Shown piece by piece: positions 12,125 through 24,287 of a stretch of 64,000 bases of DNA. Source of the stretch: Selaginella moellendorffii. Lineage: Eukaryota; Plantae; Lycopodiophyta. The notes below the pieces were generated by a model that searched no databases, was not told the origin of the DNA, and was given only the letters and a program-made list of their open reading frames with translations. Where the stretch lies: the NCBI RefSeq assembly GCF_000143415.4, contig NW_003314278.1, positions 1,810,362-1,874,361 of the forward strand, read 5' to 3'. The position numbers were made by a program, and so were the translations under genes. Each line of letters opens with the position of its first letter. The stretch's first letter is position 1.

Positions 12125-15100
12125 TGTGAGGTCAAATTATATGGTTATAATGCCATATACTAATATTAGTGTAATGAGATTTTGGTAACCGTCAAATTGG
12201 TTTCAATTTAGACCACTCACTCATGTATATAAGCTAAAGTTTTTGGGGTAATTGATATACACATTTTTATATTTTCTTTTTATATTCCATGCATTCACAT
12301 TGGTGGAGGTGAGAGGCCCTTTTAATTGTCCCTAAAGAGTGCTTGGATTTAGGATTTAATTTAGATTTAAATTTTGTATCATCTAGCTTTAGCTTTTTCC
12401 ATTTTCTTTTTTTTGTTCTTTCCTTTCAGGATTTTAGTTTAGATTTAGCTTTTCCATTATTTAGATTTCCCTTTCCTTCTAATTTTTTTTCTCATTTTTC
12501 TTCTTTTGATCTTTCCTTTTCATTCATCTCTATGGTAGACCAATAGTCTCCTCCTCCTTTGACTTTGGAGTAACAGTTGGTGCAATTGTTTGATGCTATG
12601 CAATTGCTATTGAACAACTAAACTCAGTTGATGGTGGCATTTACAGCATGTGGTACAGCTCTTTCTGCTTTTGGTGCCAATCCTTGCGTTTGGCCAGAGT
12701 TCTTTTGCGGGAATCTTAGGGATGATATGTACCATTAATTCGATCACTTCACGGTGATTGCCATATATCATTCTTGGGATGATGCTTGACATTTGCGTGA
12801 GTTTCCCACGTGTCTCCAAGAGACGGCATTGCAGTGGTACAATGGTTTGAGTGCAACCACTTGTGGGGATTGGAGTGTTCTTCTAGACATTTTCAAACAT
12901 GCATTCAGACATGCTAATGATTATCATGATGCTTTTTAACAATTGCATTGTCTTTATCAAGGGCCATCTGAGTCGGTGATGCAATTTGGTGTTTGTTTTC
13001 GAAGCCTCTTGTTTTGTGCAGAGCCAAATATGTTAGAGCAGATCAAGTTAGGAATGTTGTGGCCAACACTTCGTCAAGATCTTGTTGGACTTGTGTATGC
13101 ACTTACTCTAGCCACCTTTGATAATGCTCTTTGTTTGGCACAACATTATGACACCTTTGATAATGCTCTTTGTTTGGCACAACATTATGAGATGTTGCCT
13201 CTTCCACTTCTCACTACACGTTCTTTCGCTCCACTTTTTATGAGCGATAGTCCTATTCCAATGGAGGTTGATGCTGCTGCTGCTTGAGTCCAAGGACAAG
13301 GGAGAGGACGTGGTCGTGGCCATGATGTTCACTGTTGGGCATGTGATAAAGTTGGTCACACTTATTGGCATTGTCAGCGTTTTCTGGATTGGTGACCTCC
13401 ATTTCCTGGGTGGAGACCTTGGCATCAATAACATCTTGTTGGTGCTGCTGCAATGGAAGGTTTGGATACTGAGATGCATCTGAGAAATGAGGAGTCATAT
13501 AAGTAATGGAGGGACCTTGCACGAATAAGTCAGTGACTCCTTCATCTTTCTTTCGGGAGTATCATCAAGGGGTTCACTCGGCACCAATTCATATAATGTT
13601 TACTTTCCAAGCTCATTTTTGTAATAAGAGGTCTCCTATTATTCACTTCGTGTTGGTTGATAAACGTTCGAGTTTATCTTTTATGGCTCGACTTGTTGCC
13701 ACACGTTGCCGTCTACACTTGCGTCATACAGTAGAGTTAGTTTTCATTCTTTATAGCAATAGCTGTACACATATGTGTATGGGATGAGGTGGGCCTAGTT
13801 GTGCATGTGGGCAATCTCGAACTTGGGTTGCAACTATTGCAAGTGGTGCCAAGTCAAGCTTTTGACCTCATCCTTAGTATAAATTAGTTGTAGTGCAATC
13901 ATGCCAAGTGTGACTTTGAGGTTTCTCCCCTTTATTTCATACTTCCTTATATTTCATTTATTCCTCTCACTTCCATACCTTTTCATCCCTTTGCTTCTAG
14001 TTTTGGTTCGATTATTTTTGTCTCCCCACTATTTCCTCCCTTTGCTTCTAGTTTTGGTTCGATTATTTTTGTTTCCCCACTATTTCCTCCTATGTTTCCA
14101 TTTTGTTTTGCTTTTCCCTTTTTCAATCCTTCCAACAATCTTTGTATTGCAGTGGTTGACCAGCTCATGAAGGAGTATGCCAATTTCTTTGAATTTCACC
14201 TATTGTTTGGGGCCAAGATTGGTACACGTCATCCGATTCCAACCGAAGATGCTCATCCAATCAAGGTTCTTATTCGTCATCGGTCACCCAAAGAGATCAA
14301 GATTTTATATGCAAATGTTAAGGAGATGTTGGAAAATGGTGTTATTTGAAAATTGCAAAGTCCTTGGGTATGTGAACCTCATCTTGTGACAAAGCTTGAT
14401 GGGAGTATTTGTTTTTGCATCGACTATCATCCACTAAAAAAAATAATGATCACAGATGTGTACCCTCTTCCTCACACTATTGATCACTTAGATCATCTGG
14501 AAAGAAGTCATTGGTTCACTAAGTTAAATCTTGCTTTTGGGTACTGGCAAGTATTGATGGCCAAAGAAGATATTCCTAAGATTGCTTTTCATACACTGTT
14601 TGGTTTGTACAAGTTTTTGGTGATGCCGTTTGGTTTAAACAATGATTCAACAACTTTTTAGTGGATGATGGATGGGTTTTTTGCGATATACCAAAGGTGA
14701 CTACTAATTTCATTGATAATATTTTGATCCATTCGGAGGGGACATAGAAGGAACATATTCGTGATATTTGTAAAGTGTTGGATTGACTACGAAAAGTTGG
14801 TTTAAAGTTGAAGTAGTCAAAGTGCTTGGGTCCAAAGACACGACTTATTTTGGGTACTATATTTTTTGTGAGGGTTTGGAAGTTGATCTTGATAAATTTG
14901 TGGCTATTCTAAAGTTCCCTACTCCGAAGTGTGTGAATGATGTGCAGTGCTTCTTGGGCAAGGTGCAGTATCTTAGTCATTTTATGGATCACCTTTTTGG
15001 TCGAACTGCACTATTACAAGTGTTGTTGAAGTCATCAACATCATCTTTCATTTGGTCTTTGGATTGTGAGCAGGTGTTCATGGATCTCAAAGAGCTATTA

Positions 15101-16925
15101 ACAACTCCTCCGGTTTTAGCATATCTTGACTACACTCGACCTTTCATTTTGCATGTGGATGCTTCTAATATTAGTTTTGGAGGTGTGTTGATGTAAAAGA
15201 GCTCAAGTGTGCTTAGTCAGTGCCATCCCATTACATATATAAGCTATACATTACAACTAGCGGAAGTGAACTACTCCACGACAGAGCCTATTGTTCCGGC
15301 ATCTATGGATTTTCAAAATAAAGATTCTGTGCTGTCGGCAGTTGCTGTACTTGACATTCAGTGTTCACAAGGTGTAGAGCAAGATTTACCTTCTCTTGAT
15401 GAGGTTCGTGAGGCTCAAAAGTTGGAGTCATAGATTCGAAGGCTTTGAGATGGGTTTGAGAATCCTGTATCACTTACTGATGACTTACCATTCTGGCATT
15501 TACATTCTTAATATTGCTTTAAAAACGGCCTTCTTTATTTTGTGGGGATAGTTCTTGATGATCCTTTATGGCTGGTGGTGCCTTTCGTCTTTATTTCGCG
15601 ATTTCTCCATGCCTACCATGATTCTTAGATTCTAGATGGGCATATGGGATATCGTCATGTGACCAAAAAGTTGTACAAGTCTTTCTATTTGCTAGAGATG
15701 CGATATGATATTATTTGGTATGTATGTTGTTGCGTTTAGTGCTAAGCTCGTAATACTCCCCCTCGTGCCGTAGAAGAATAGTTGGAGTCAATTGCAGTTT
15801 CCTGTCAATTTAAGCTGGTGGCATTTTATCTTATAGAGCCTTTTCCACGATTGACTATTGGTAATGAATATATTATTATTGCTTTTGATTATTTAATTTG
15901 TTGGGTGGAAGTTAGTTCTTTTGCTAGCACTTCTGGAACTACTGTTGGATACTTTCTCCTCAATCGAATAGTGTTTCAGCATTTTTGTCTGGAGCAAATT
16001 CTTTTGGATAATGGTCCTGCATTTATGGCTAAGGCATTTCATGTTTTGATATTTTAGTTGGGGATACGCTACACTTTTACAAGTGTTTATCATCCACAGT
16101 CAGACAGTTTAGTGGAATGGCTCGTTTGGACATTCAAAGAAATGATTGCAAAGTAAATAAACTTTCAGCATTCAGATTGGGATGGTTATTTGCCGTCTCT
16201 TCGGTATGCATATGTCACAGGGGTGTAGAGTTCTATTAATGCTTTGCCATATAAACTCCTATATGGTCATGATTCAATATTACAAATAGAGCTAGGTTTA
16301 CTTTTGCAATTACCATGAGTTGCCGATGCTAAGTCAATATTTGATGAGCATTCTTCCACTTGTTTGAGCAAAGTCTGCTGAACACTTAGGCCACATACAA
16401 GTAGGACAACAATAACACTACAACTCCCATCATTATCCATATGTGGAGTATAAAGTGGATGATTTAGTGTTAGTCCATTTTCCCCATCTTACGGTATGTG
16501 GTTTATCTAAGGGGCTTCTTGCTAGTGGAAAGGATTGTTTGTGACAAGTTGGACCACAAGCTTATGAAGTTTGGCATAACGTCCACCAAGCCAATCCTTC
16601 AAAAATTGTGTATGTGTAGTGGTTAAAAAACTTTGTACAAAGGGATTAGAAACAATTAATAACACCTATAGATCTGTTGATGCCTCCTTTTGACATTCCT
16701 CTAGATCTTAGCCTATCTACAAAAAAACCTTGATGATTTTCCATTATACCAAGAGGAGGGGATGATGTGAGGTCCAAGTGTATGATTACAATGCTATATA
16801 CTAATATTAGCATAGTGGGATTTTGGTAGCTGTTGGATTGATTTATATATATATAAGCTAAGGTTTTTTGGACTAATTGATATATATATTTTTTGTATTC
16901 CCTTTCTATATTCCATGCACTCATA
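12125..16925 (+). mobile_element. Decayed full-length Ty3/Gypsy LTR retrotransposon, short LTRs (family A, copy 1)
   Basis: 5' LTR 12125-12299 (TGTGAG...CACA), PBS TGGTGGAGGTGAG at 12301, gag with CCHC knuckle (CWACDKVGHTYWHC ~13330-13375), protease, RT (MPFGLNN), RNase H (LHVDASN), integrase, PPT 16751-16765 and 3' LTR 16766-16925. Many stops and frameshifts. Confidence 0.93.
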
Positions 16926-16934
16926 GTCTCAAAT

Positions 16935-16951
16935 ATAATATAATATAATAC

Positions 16952-17015
<64 letters not shown>
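16935..17015. repeat. (TA)n/(GA)n compound microsatellite
   Basis: Directly visible, immediately after the 3' LTR. Confidence 0.9.
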
Positions 17016-17020
<5 letters not shown>

Positions 17021-17511
17021 TGGGGATAATGAATATATTTAGAATATGCTTAGATATTTTAGAATATTCTACCATCTAATGGTTATTATTTATTATTAAT
17101 AATGTATTTATTATTTATAAATATGTTTATAATCCAATTGATCAATATAATTAATAAATAATAAACATCAAACAACAAATTTTCCCATATAAATTATATG
17201 CTTCGTGCTTTGGCCGGAATTGACCTTCAAAGTCATGGTTATTAATTATACGGCAAAACATTGAAATTTCAAATCCCAGTCTATACACTGCTACAACATA
17301 TAGTGCAAACCTTGATTTAATAAAGGAAATGGATGCACGTTTGCTTGTGAATGGGACCCAAGCCCACCACTGAACGAGGAATCCGTTAGCGGCCACGAAG
17401 GAAGGAGATACCCTCTTCTGCCTGCTATGGCACTATAAAACCCACAAGCTTGGCCAGGGGCTCTTAGAGATTCCACAAGAATCTAGAGCTAGAAGTTTTT
17501 CCACAAGAATC

Positions 17512-18282
17512 ATGGTTAGCACATTGAATTTGTTTGTCATCTGCGTCACTCTCTTCTCGATTTCCATCCAAGGTGAACGTTTTTCACGATCCAGCCGTCT
17601 GGTTTCTAAAATCCTCTCTCTCGAATTGTATCAGCCGCGCTGGAATGCGAGGAGCTAGCGGTCGAGGACTGCGCGTTCGCGGTGTCGGGCTTGGGATCTC
17701 GGTGCGTTCTGGAGAAGCGCGTCCTGGAGAGCAAGATCGTTGTTTACCAGTGCCAGGTTTGATCGATCAAAATCATGGATCGTTACTCCCCTGTTTTTCC
17801 GCGTAACAGACGTCCCCTGTCTTGGCGGAGAGATCCGAGGCATGGATCGAAACCGACGAGTGCCTGGCGGCGTGTGGCCTGGAGAGGATGTCGGTCGGGA
17901 TCTCCACCGATGGAATCATCCGCAAGGAGTTCCTCAGCCGCTGGTGTTCTTCTCAGTGCCAGGCCAACTGTCCCAACGTTGTCGATCTCTTCACCAAGCT
18001 CGCCTCCGGAGAAGGTAATCCGATCGCTTTGCAATTCTATCATCGTTCCAATGTCTTTCCTTCACAGACATCCATCTTCCACACATTTGCAACTTCATCC
18101 GACCCAGCTCTCGTAAGCTGATCGGTGAATCCTTGAGCGCTATGTCAAAGGGCACGAAGCAGGCCATCGATTCGCTCCACAATGCCGAGGCCCCCGAGGC
18201 TCTTCACGGTGCCGAGGCCCCGGAATCTCTCACCTTCCTGGACTCGTCCGATGCCACGGCGCCATCTCCGGACTTCATGTGA
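17512..18282 (+). CDS. PAR1 (photoassimilate-responsive) family secreted Cys-rich protein, copy a
   Basis: Exons 17512-17572, 17635-17756, 17810-18014, 18068-18282. They encode a signal peptide, CEELAVEDCAFAVSGLGSRCVLEK, WIETDECLAACG and CQANCPNVVDLFTKLASGE, which are PAR1 family motifs. Confidence 0.9.
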
Positions 18283-18688
18283 TTCGTTTCTTTAGATCCA
18301 TCACAAAGATACTAAAAAATCTCATATAATATTCACCAGCTAGTCGAAATTCTAGAAACCGTTAAGTTGTAGTTCGTGGCATGATCACAAGAAAGTTGGT
18401 AGTCGTGAGCGCATGTTATTTTGCCCCCAAATTCAATCACTAGCTCAACAACACCGAATTGACTCACTCGCTTTCCCTCGCTTTCGAATTGACTCATTGA
18501 CTCACTTTCTTCACTCGCTTTTGACCGAATGTGTTTATTGACTAGAATTTATGAAAAGAATCAATGTCGGTTTGGAGAGTTTCTACCACAATCTCAGCGC
18601 ACGGGATCGTATGGAACCTTCTCCAAACAAAAAATCAATCTCTCTACCGCAGACGAACTATAAACATGATCTATCGAGAATGTCTCCT

Positions 18689-19473
18689 CTAGTTGGTGCT
18701 TGGAGCTGGAGCTGGTGCCAAGGTGATCGATTCTGCGGAAATAGCAGCTTGCGGAGCAGCCGCGCCAGCCAAAGATTGGAGAACAAACTGGGTGTTCTTG
18801 AAGAGGAGAGAATCGGCAAGGATCCTGTGAGCACTGGGTCTCACGTAGTTGCAAACCTCGGCAAGATTGACACCTATCATCAAAAGATTTTCGGTTAAAG
18901 ACCTGTTTGATCGAGAACTCTAGATGAATGATCTCACCTTCTCCGGCAGCGAGGCTTTCAAAAAGATTGACAATGTTGGGGCAATTGTTCTGGCACACTG
19001 GCGAGCAGAGCCTGTTGACGAAGTTGCGGTTGGCGAGGCCATCGCTGGAGAATCCCACCCACATCCTCTCCACTCCACACTCCTTGACGCACTCATCGGA
19101 TTCGATCCAGGCCTCTTGCTTCTCGGCCATGACATTGGATGTCTGAAGAGAGCAATCGATCGATTGTAAGTTTCAATCCAGAAAACAAAAGAAGTGGTCT
19201 CACCTGGCACTCGTAGATGGCGCTGGTGTCCTGAGCTATGAATTTTTCTAGAACGCATCGGTTTCCCATGGTGGACACGGCAAACGCGCAGTCCTGAGGA
19301 GGTAGATCCTCGCACTCGAGCCTGCTTCCAGCTGAAACGAAAGCAGAAAAGATAATAAGACCTCCGTTTCAAATCGACAGCAAATAGCCGAAGAACCTAC
19401 CAATCGCTCCGCTGATGCAGAGAAGAATCACAAACGAAGATACAAAGGCAAGAGATCTGGAAGAGCGCGCCAT
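18689..19473 (-). CDS. PAR1 family secreted Cys-rich protein, copy b
   Basis: Exons 19401-19473, 19204-19331, ~18938-19142, 18689-~18873. They encode CEDLPPQDCAFAVSTMGNRCVLEK, WIESDECVKECG, CQNNCPNIVNLFESLAAGE and an APAPAP tail. Intron positions match copy a. Confidence 0.9.
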
Positions 19474-19811
19474 GCTGCGGAATCGACCGGAAATGATGAA
19501 CGAAACTTTAAAATCTTTGTGTTGTGCGTAGTAGCAAAGCGAAGCGTGCTCTAGAGATCGTGTTGGACGGATGACTAAAGGAACACGGTCCCTTGGGTTT
19601 ATATACCGCGAAGCTGCGCGTGAGAAAGAGCGTCAGCCGATGAGCAGCAGCAGAGAAGCTGGGTCCTCTCTAATAACGCGCTCGAAAAAAACTCGTGGTT
19701 TTACCGTTTCAGCCTTCGCTCCTCGATCACTCAGTCAGCCCTCCCTAATTAAAGATTAAATTTTTGAACGAGGAATATTTTAGTCCATTCGCGATTGGAA
19801 TATTCTCGGCT

Positions 19812-20719
19812 ATGGCGAAGTTTGTGTTTGTGCACGGCGCCGGGCATGGCGCGTGGTGCTGGTACAAAGTCTTGCCTTGTCTCCGCCAAGCTGGCCACGC
19901 GGCCCTGGCCGTGGATCTCACCAGCGCCGGGATCAGCACCGTTGATCCCAACCAGGTGAGAACCTTGGCTCATTACTCGCAGCCTCTCATCGATCTCATC
20001 GAGTCCCTTCCTCAAGGAGACAAGGTATAAGATCCATTGTTTTTTCTACGAAACTCTAGTTCTAGATCGTGCTCGTGGGTCACAGCCTTGGAGGAATTGT
20101 CGTCACTTATGCCATGGAGAAGTATCCCTCGAAGATTGGAGCGGCTATCTTCGTGGTGGCACAAATGCTCCCTTCGGGTCCCAAAGCTATAGAGATCCGA
20201 CAGAAGGTGAAACTTTGCCAGTTCCTTCCGTCGCTCGAATCTCATGAAGTTTTCTTTTGGCAGGCGGCGATGCCTGGTTTTCTGGAAATTATAGATAGCT
20301 TCTGCACCAAGGACTCGGAAGTTGCAACCTCATCAAGCTTCAAACCGGAGCATCGCCAGTCTGTGCTTTACCATCTTTGTTCGCCCGAGGTGAAATCACG
20401 GCCAAAACTTTTAGATCCGCTACTAAAACTCGACTTCAAACAGGACGTGGAGCTAGGGAATCTTCTAGTCAAACCAAATCCTCTCTTGCCACCCTCTGAA
20501 ATCGCCGTGGAGTACACGAAAGAGAAGTATGGAAGTATTCCTCGTTATTACATCAAAGGGATTCATGACGTGTTGATGCCCGTGGCAATGCAAGATTATC
20601 TTCTGGAAAACAATCCCCCTGACGGTGTTCTAGAGCTTCCATCTGATCACAGCCCCTTCTTTTCCACTCCAGATGCGCTTGTGGAGGCACTCACAAGCAT
20701 TGCAACATCGTTAAAATGA
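19812..20719 (+). CDS. Methylesterase (MES/SABP2-like alpha/beta hydrolase), copy 1, ~251 aa
   Basis: Exons 19812-20024, 20066-20206, 20264-20389, 20444-20719. Motifs FVFVHGAGHGAWCWYK, GHSLGG (Ser), GIHD (Asp) and SDHSPFFS (His) give an intact catalytic triad. Confidence 0.92.
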
Positions 20720-20789
20720 AAGACTATGGCAAATGCAAGGAACCCGTCCTATCACCATACAATGAAAATAATCTTGGAAGATAATGCAA

Positions 20790-21110
20790 TGCCAATCATG
20801 CAAGAGCTTGGTTTTGGCTGAGGATCTTCATGGTAATAAACAGGGATGATGCTTTCCTGTGCAACAAGCTCATCGCAATGTACACAGCATACCTTATCCC
20901 CATGCTAGGCTTCAAGAGAAAGCACAAAATACCTTTACAAGGATGCCAGATGCAAATACGGTGGCTTGCAACTGCATGATTGATGCGTACGTGCATCATG
21001 GCATTCTTGAAAAGGCTAAATTTCTGTTTGATACAATACCAAAACAAGCATTAGCTGCTTGGAACACTATGCTCCTTGCATATGCCCAAAGAGGTCACCT
21101 TGAGAATATT
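20790..21110 (+). pseudogene. PPR gene fragment with internal deletions
   Basis: Homologous to pieces of 22600-23080 (DDAFLCNKLIAMYT; TFTRMPDANTVACNCMIDAYVHHG...AWNTMLLAYAQRGHL). Confidence 0.8.
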
Positions 21111-21571
21111 ACAAGCTCTGGACCCAGAAGACATCCATGGGGTCTTCCACCTCTTTGCAACCATGCTAGATGAGGCTGCAAGCCGCATTTGTCGCTCCAA
21201 GCTAACTTTGTAAGCAATCATGGCCGAGGATCCTCAAAGCCATGCTAGTGGACAAATAGTGGCTAGAGTTTAGCAAAGACTCGATGCGTTCTCATATCAG
21301 CACAAATTGAATCGCACCAGGGTTCCAAGCACTTCTATTCTGTCCTCTCCAAGATTTACAAGCAAAGAGATTGATTGGAAGCTACTATAGATGCACCGTG
21401 ACAGCATCTTCCTGGTAGAAAAGTACGCTTTTTTCGAAGTTCCCACATAATGCTAGCAGGTTGAGAATTGACCATTCCTGACATCCAGAAGCTTTTGATA
21501 TCACTCGAATCCAAGCCTTGCAGCTCGAGAGTCGAGACAATAAAACGCGTGCGACTGGAATATTCTTGGCT

Positions 21572-22501
21572 ATGGCGAAATTCGTGTTTGTGCACGGCGC
21601 AGGGCATGGCGCATGGTGTTGGTACAAGGTCTTGCCTCGTCTCCGTCAAGCGGGCCACGCGGCCCTGGCCGTGGATCTCTCCAGCGCCGGGATCAGCACC
21701 GTTGATCCCAACGAGGTGAGAACCTTGGCTCGTTACTCGCAGCCTCTCGTCGAGCTCATCGAGTCCCTTCCTCAAGGAAACAAGGTATACTATAAGAGGA
21801 TGTCGTGTTGTTTTTGGCATTTTTTTCTTCTAGATCGTGCTCGTGGGTCACAGCCTTGGAGGGATTGTCGTCACTTATGTCATGGAGAAGTATCCCACGA
21901 AGTGTGCAGCGGCAATCTTCGTGGTGGCATCGATGCTCCCTTCGGGTCCCAAAGCTATAGAGGTCCGAGACAAGGTGAAACTTTGCCAGTTCCTCCCGTC
22001 GCTTGGATCTCATGAAGTGTTCGATTTCTATCATGTAAATCTGGCAGGCGGTGATGTCTGGTTTCTCAGAAATTGTAGATAGGTTCTACACCAAGGGCTC
22101 GGAAGTTCCAACCTCGTCAAGACTCAAACCGGAGCATCGCCAGCCTGTGCTTTACCATCTTTGTTCTTCCGAGGTGAAATCCTGCAAAACGTTTAGACCC
22201 GCTACTAAAACTGGACTTCAAACAGGACGTGGAGCTAGCAAATCTTCTTCTCAAACCAAATCCTTTGTTGCCACCCTCTGAAATCGCGGTGGAGTACACC
22301 AAAGAGAAGTATGGAAGTGTTCCTCGTTATTACATCAAAGGGATGCATGACAGAGTGATACCCGCGGCAATGCAAGACTATCTCGTGGAAAACAATCCCC
22401 CCGACGGTGTTCTAGAGCTTGCATCTGATCACAGCCCCTTCTTTTCCACTCCATATGAGCTTGTAGAGGCACTTGCAAGCATCTTAACATCGTTAAAATG
22501 A
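21572..22501 (+). CDS. Methylesterase (MES/SABP2-like), copy 2, ~251 aa
   Basis: Exons 21572-21784, 21834-21974, 22048-22173, 22226-22501. Exon lengths equal copy 1 (213/141/126/276) and the triad is intact. Confidence 0.92.
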
Positions 22502-22564
22502 AAGGATTCGAGCGACAATGGCAAATGCAAGGAATTGCCATGGAATGAAAATCCTTGGAAGACT

Positions 22565-24200
22565 ATGGACAGAGTCCAGTGCCTAGAACTCATTCAATCT
22601 TGCAAGAGCTTGGCTTTGGCTGAGGATCTGCATGCCAGTAACAGTGCCAAAACTGATGATGTTTTCCTGTGCAACAAGCTCATCGCAATGTACACGAGGT
22701 GTGGAAGCTCATTGCACGCCAAACGAGTTTTTGATACCATAGGGATGTCTACTCTTGGGATTTCATGATGAATGCTTACTCGAAGTATGGCAGCTTTGAG
22801 AATGCAAAGGGATTCTTTGATTCGATGCCTCAGAGAACTACTGTTTCTTGGGTTGCAATGTTAAGCACATATGCCCGTTCTGGGCATCTAGAGGAATCCG
22901 AAAATACCTTTGCAAGGATGCCAGATGCAACTACGGTGGCTTGAAACTTTATGATTGACGTGTACGTTAATCATGGATTTCTTGAAAAGGCTAACATTTT
23001 GTTCGATAGAATGCCAAGGCAAACATTAGTTGCTTGGAACACTATGCTTGTGCATATGCCCAAATAGGGCACCTTGTTCTTGCCAAGAGAATGTTTCACA
23101 CGATGCCACTACGAGATCTAATCTCTTGGACGGCCATGTTCAACGCGTATGTGCAGAACGGGACTGTTGAAATGGCGAGAATTTTTGTTGATCTCATGCC
23201 GGAATGGGATCTCGTATCGTGGACAGCAGTGCTCACTGCGTATGTGAAGAGAGGAAACTTTTCCGAAGCCAAGCAAACTTTTGATCAGATGCCGTTTAGA
23301 AACTTGGTGTCATGGACGTGCTTGCTGGACGGATTTTTACAAGTCAAAGACGTACAAGCTGTTAAAGAAACGTGGAATGCAATGCTCTCTGCATGTGCCC
23401 ATCTCGGAGATCTGCAAAACGCGGTGATAATCTTTGAAGCTATGCCCGAACGAACAATGGCTTGAGCCGAAACGCGATTTGATTTCATGGACAATTGTAT
23501 TGTGTGCTTGTGCCCAAAATTGGCATCTGGATGAAGCAAGGAATATCTTTGAAATGATGCCACAAAAGACAATAGAGGCGGCAAATGCAATGCTGCCAGC
23601 TCTTGCACAAAATAAGTACCTGTCGGAATTTAGAGAACTTTTTGTAAAGATGCCACAGCATAGTACAATGTCGTGGAATGCTCTTTTGTCAGCAAATGCA
23701 TAAAACGGGCACTTGGAGGAAACAAGAAGGGATTTCCTGAAATACAATACTCTCAATAGAGGCCCAGAAAGGGATGATAAGTAGATCTTCCAGTACGAAA
23801 TGCCAGAGTGGGATGTTGTGTCTAGCACTGTAATGATCTCGACTTTCTCCAAAAGCGGCAAGTTTGAAGAGGCTAAGCAGCTTTTTGACACAATGTCATT
23901 TCAAGATTCAGTCTCTTCAACGGCCATGGTTCCCAACTTTGGCCAAAATGCAAGTGGAAGATGCTAAGGGCTTGTTTGAAAGAATCTCTCCATAAAACAG
24001 AGATGTGTGTTGGAATGTGATGTTTTTAACTTATGCTCAAAATAGACATCTACTGGAAGCAAGAGAAGTGTTCAACGACATGTTATGGAAGGACACAGCC
24101 TCATGGACTGCAATGTTGTCTCTCTATGCTCAAACTAGCCACCTTTGGTATTGTAGAAAGCTCTTGCTTGAGATGTTTGAGAGGTGCTTGGTCACTTAGA
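22565..24200 (+). pseudogene. PLS-class PPR pseudogene, 3'-truncated by retroelement DNA
   Basis: Tandem ~31-aa PPR motifs (DLISWTAMFNAYVQNG...) with frameshifts and stops. Homology to the copy at 51768-53987 ends at ~24200. Confidence 0.9.
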
Positions 24201-24287
24201 GTTTATTGCCTTAAGTGGAGTGGTGTCTTATTTAAGTATTATAAAATTCATTAGTCCTCACCCCTTCTTAAGAGCTTAGGCCTTTCT

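Noticed and set aside
13112-14090. 39-bp and 51-bp tandem duplications within the Gypsy copy
   Set aside because: Absent from copy 2; ordinary post-insertion slippage.
22565-24200. Idea that RNA editing rescues the PPR stops
   Set aside because: The lesions include frameshifts, and PPR-type editing is organellar, not nuclear.
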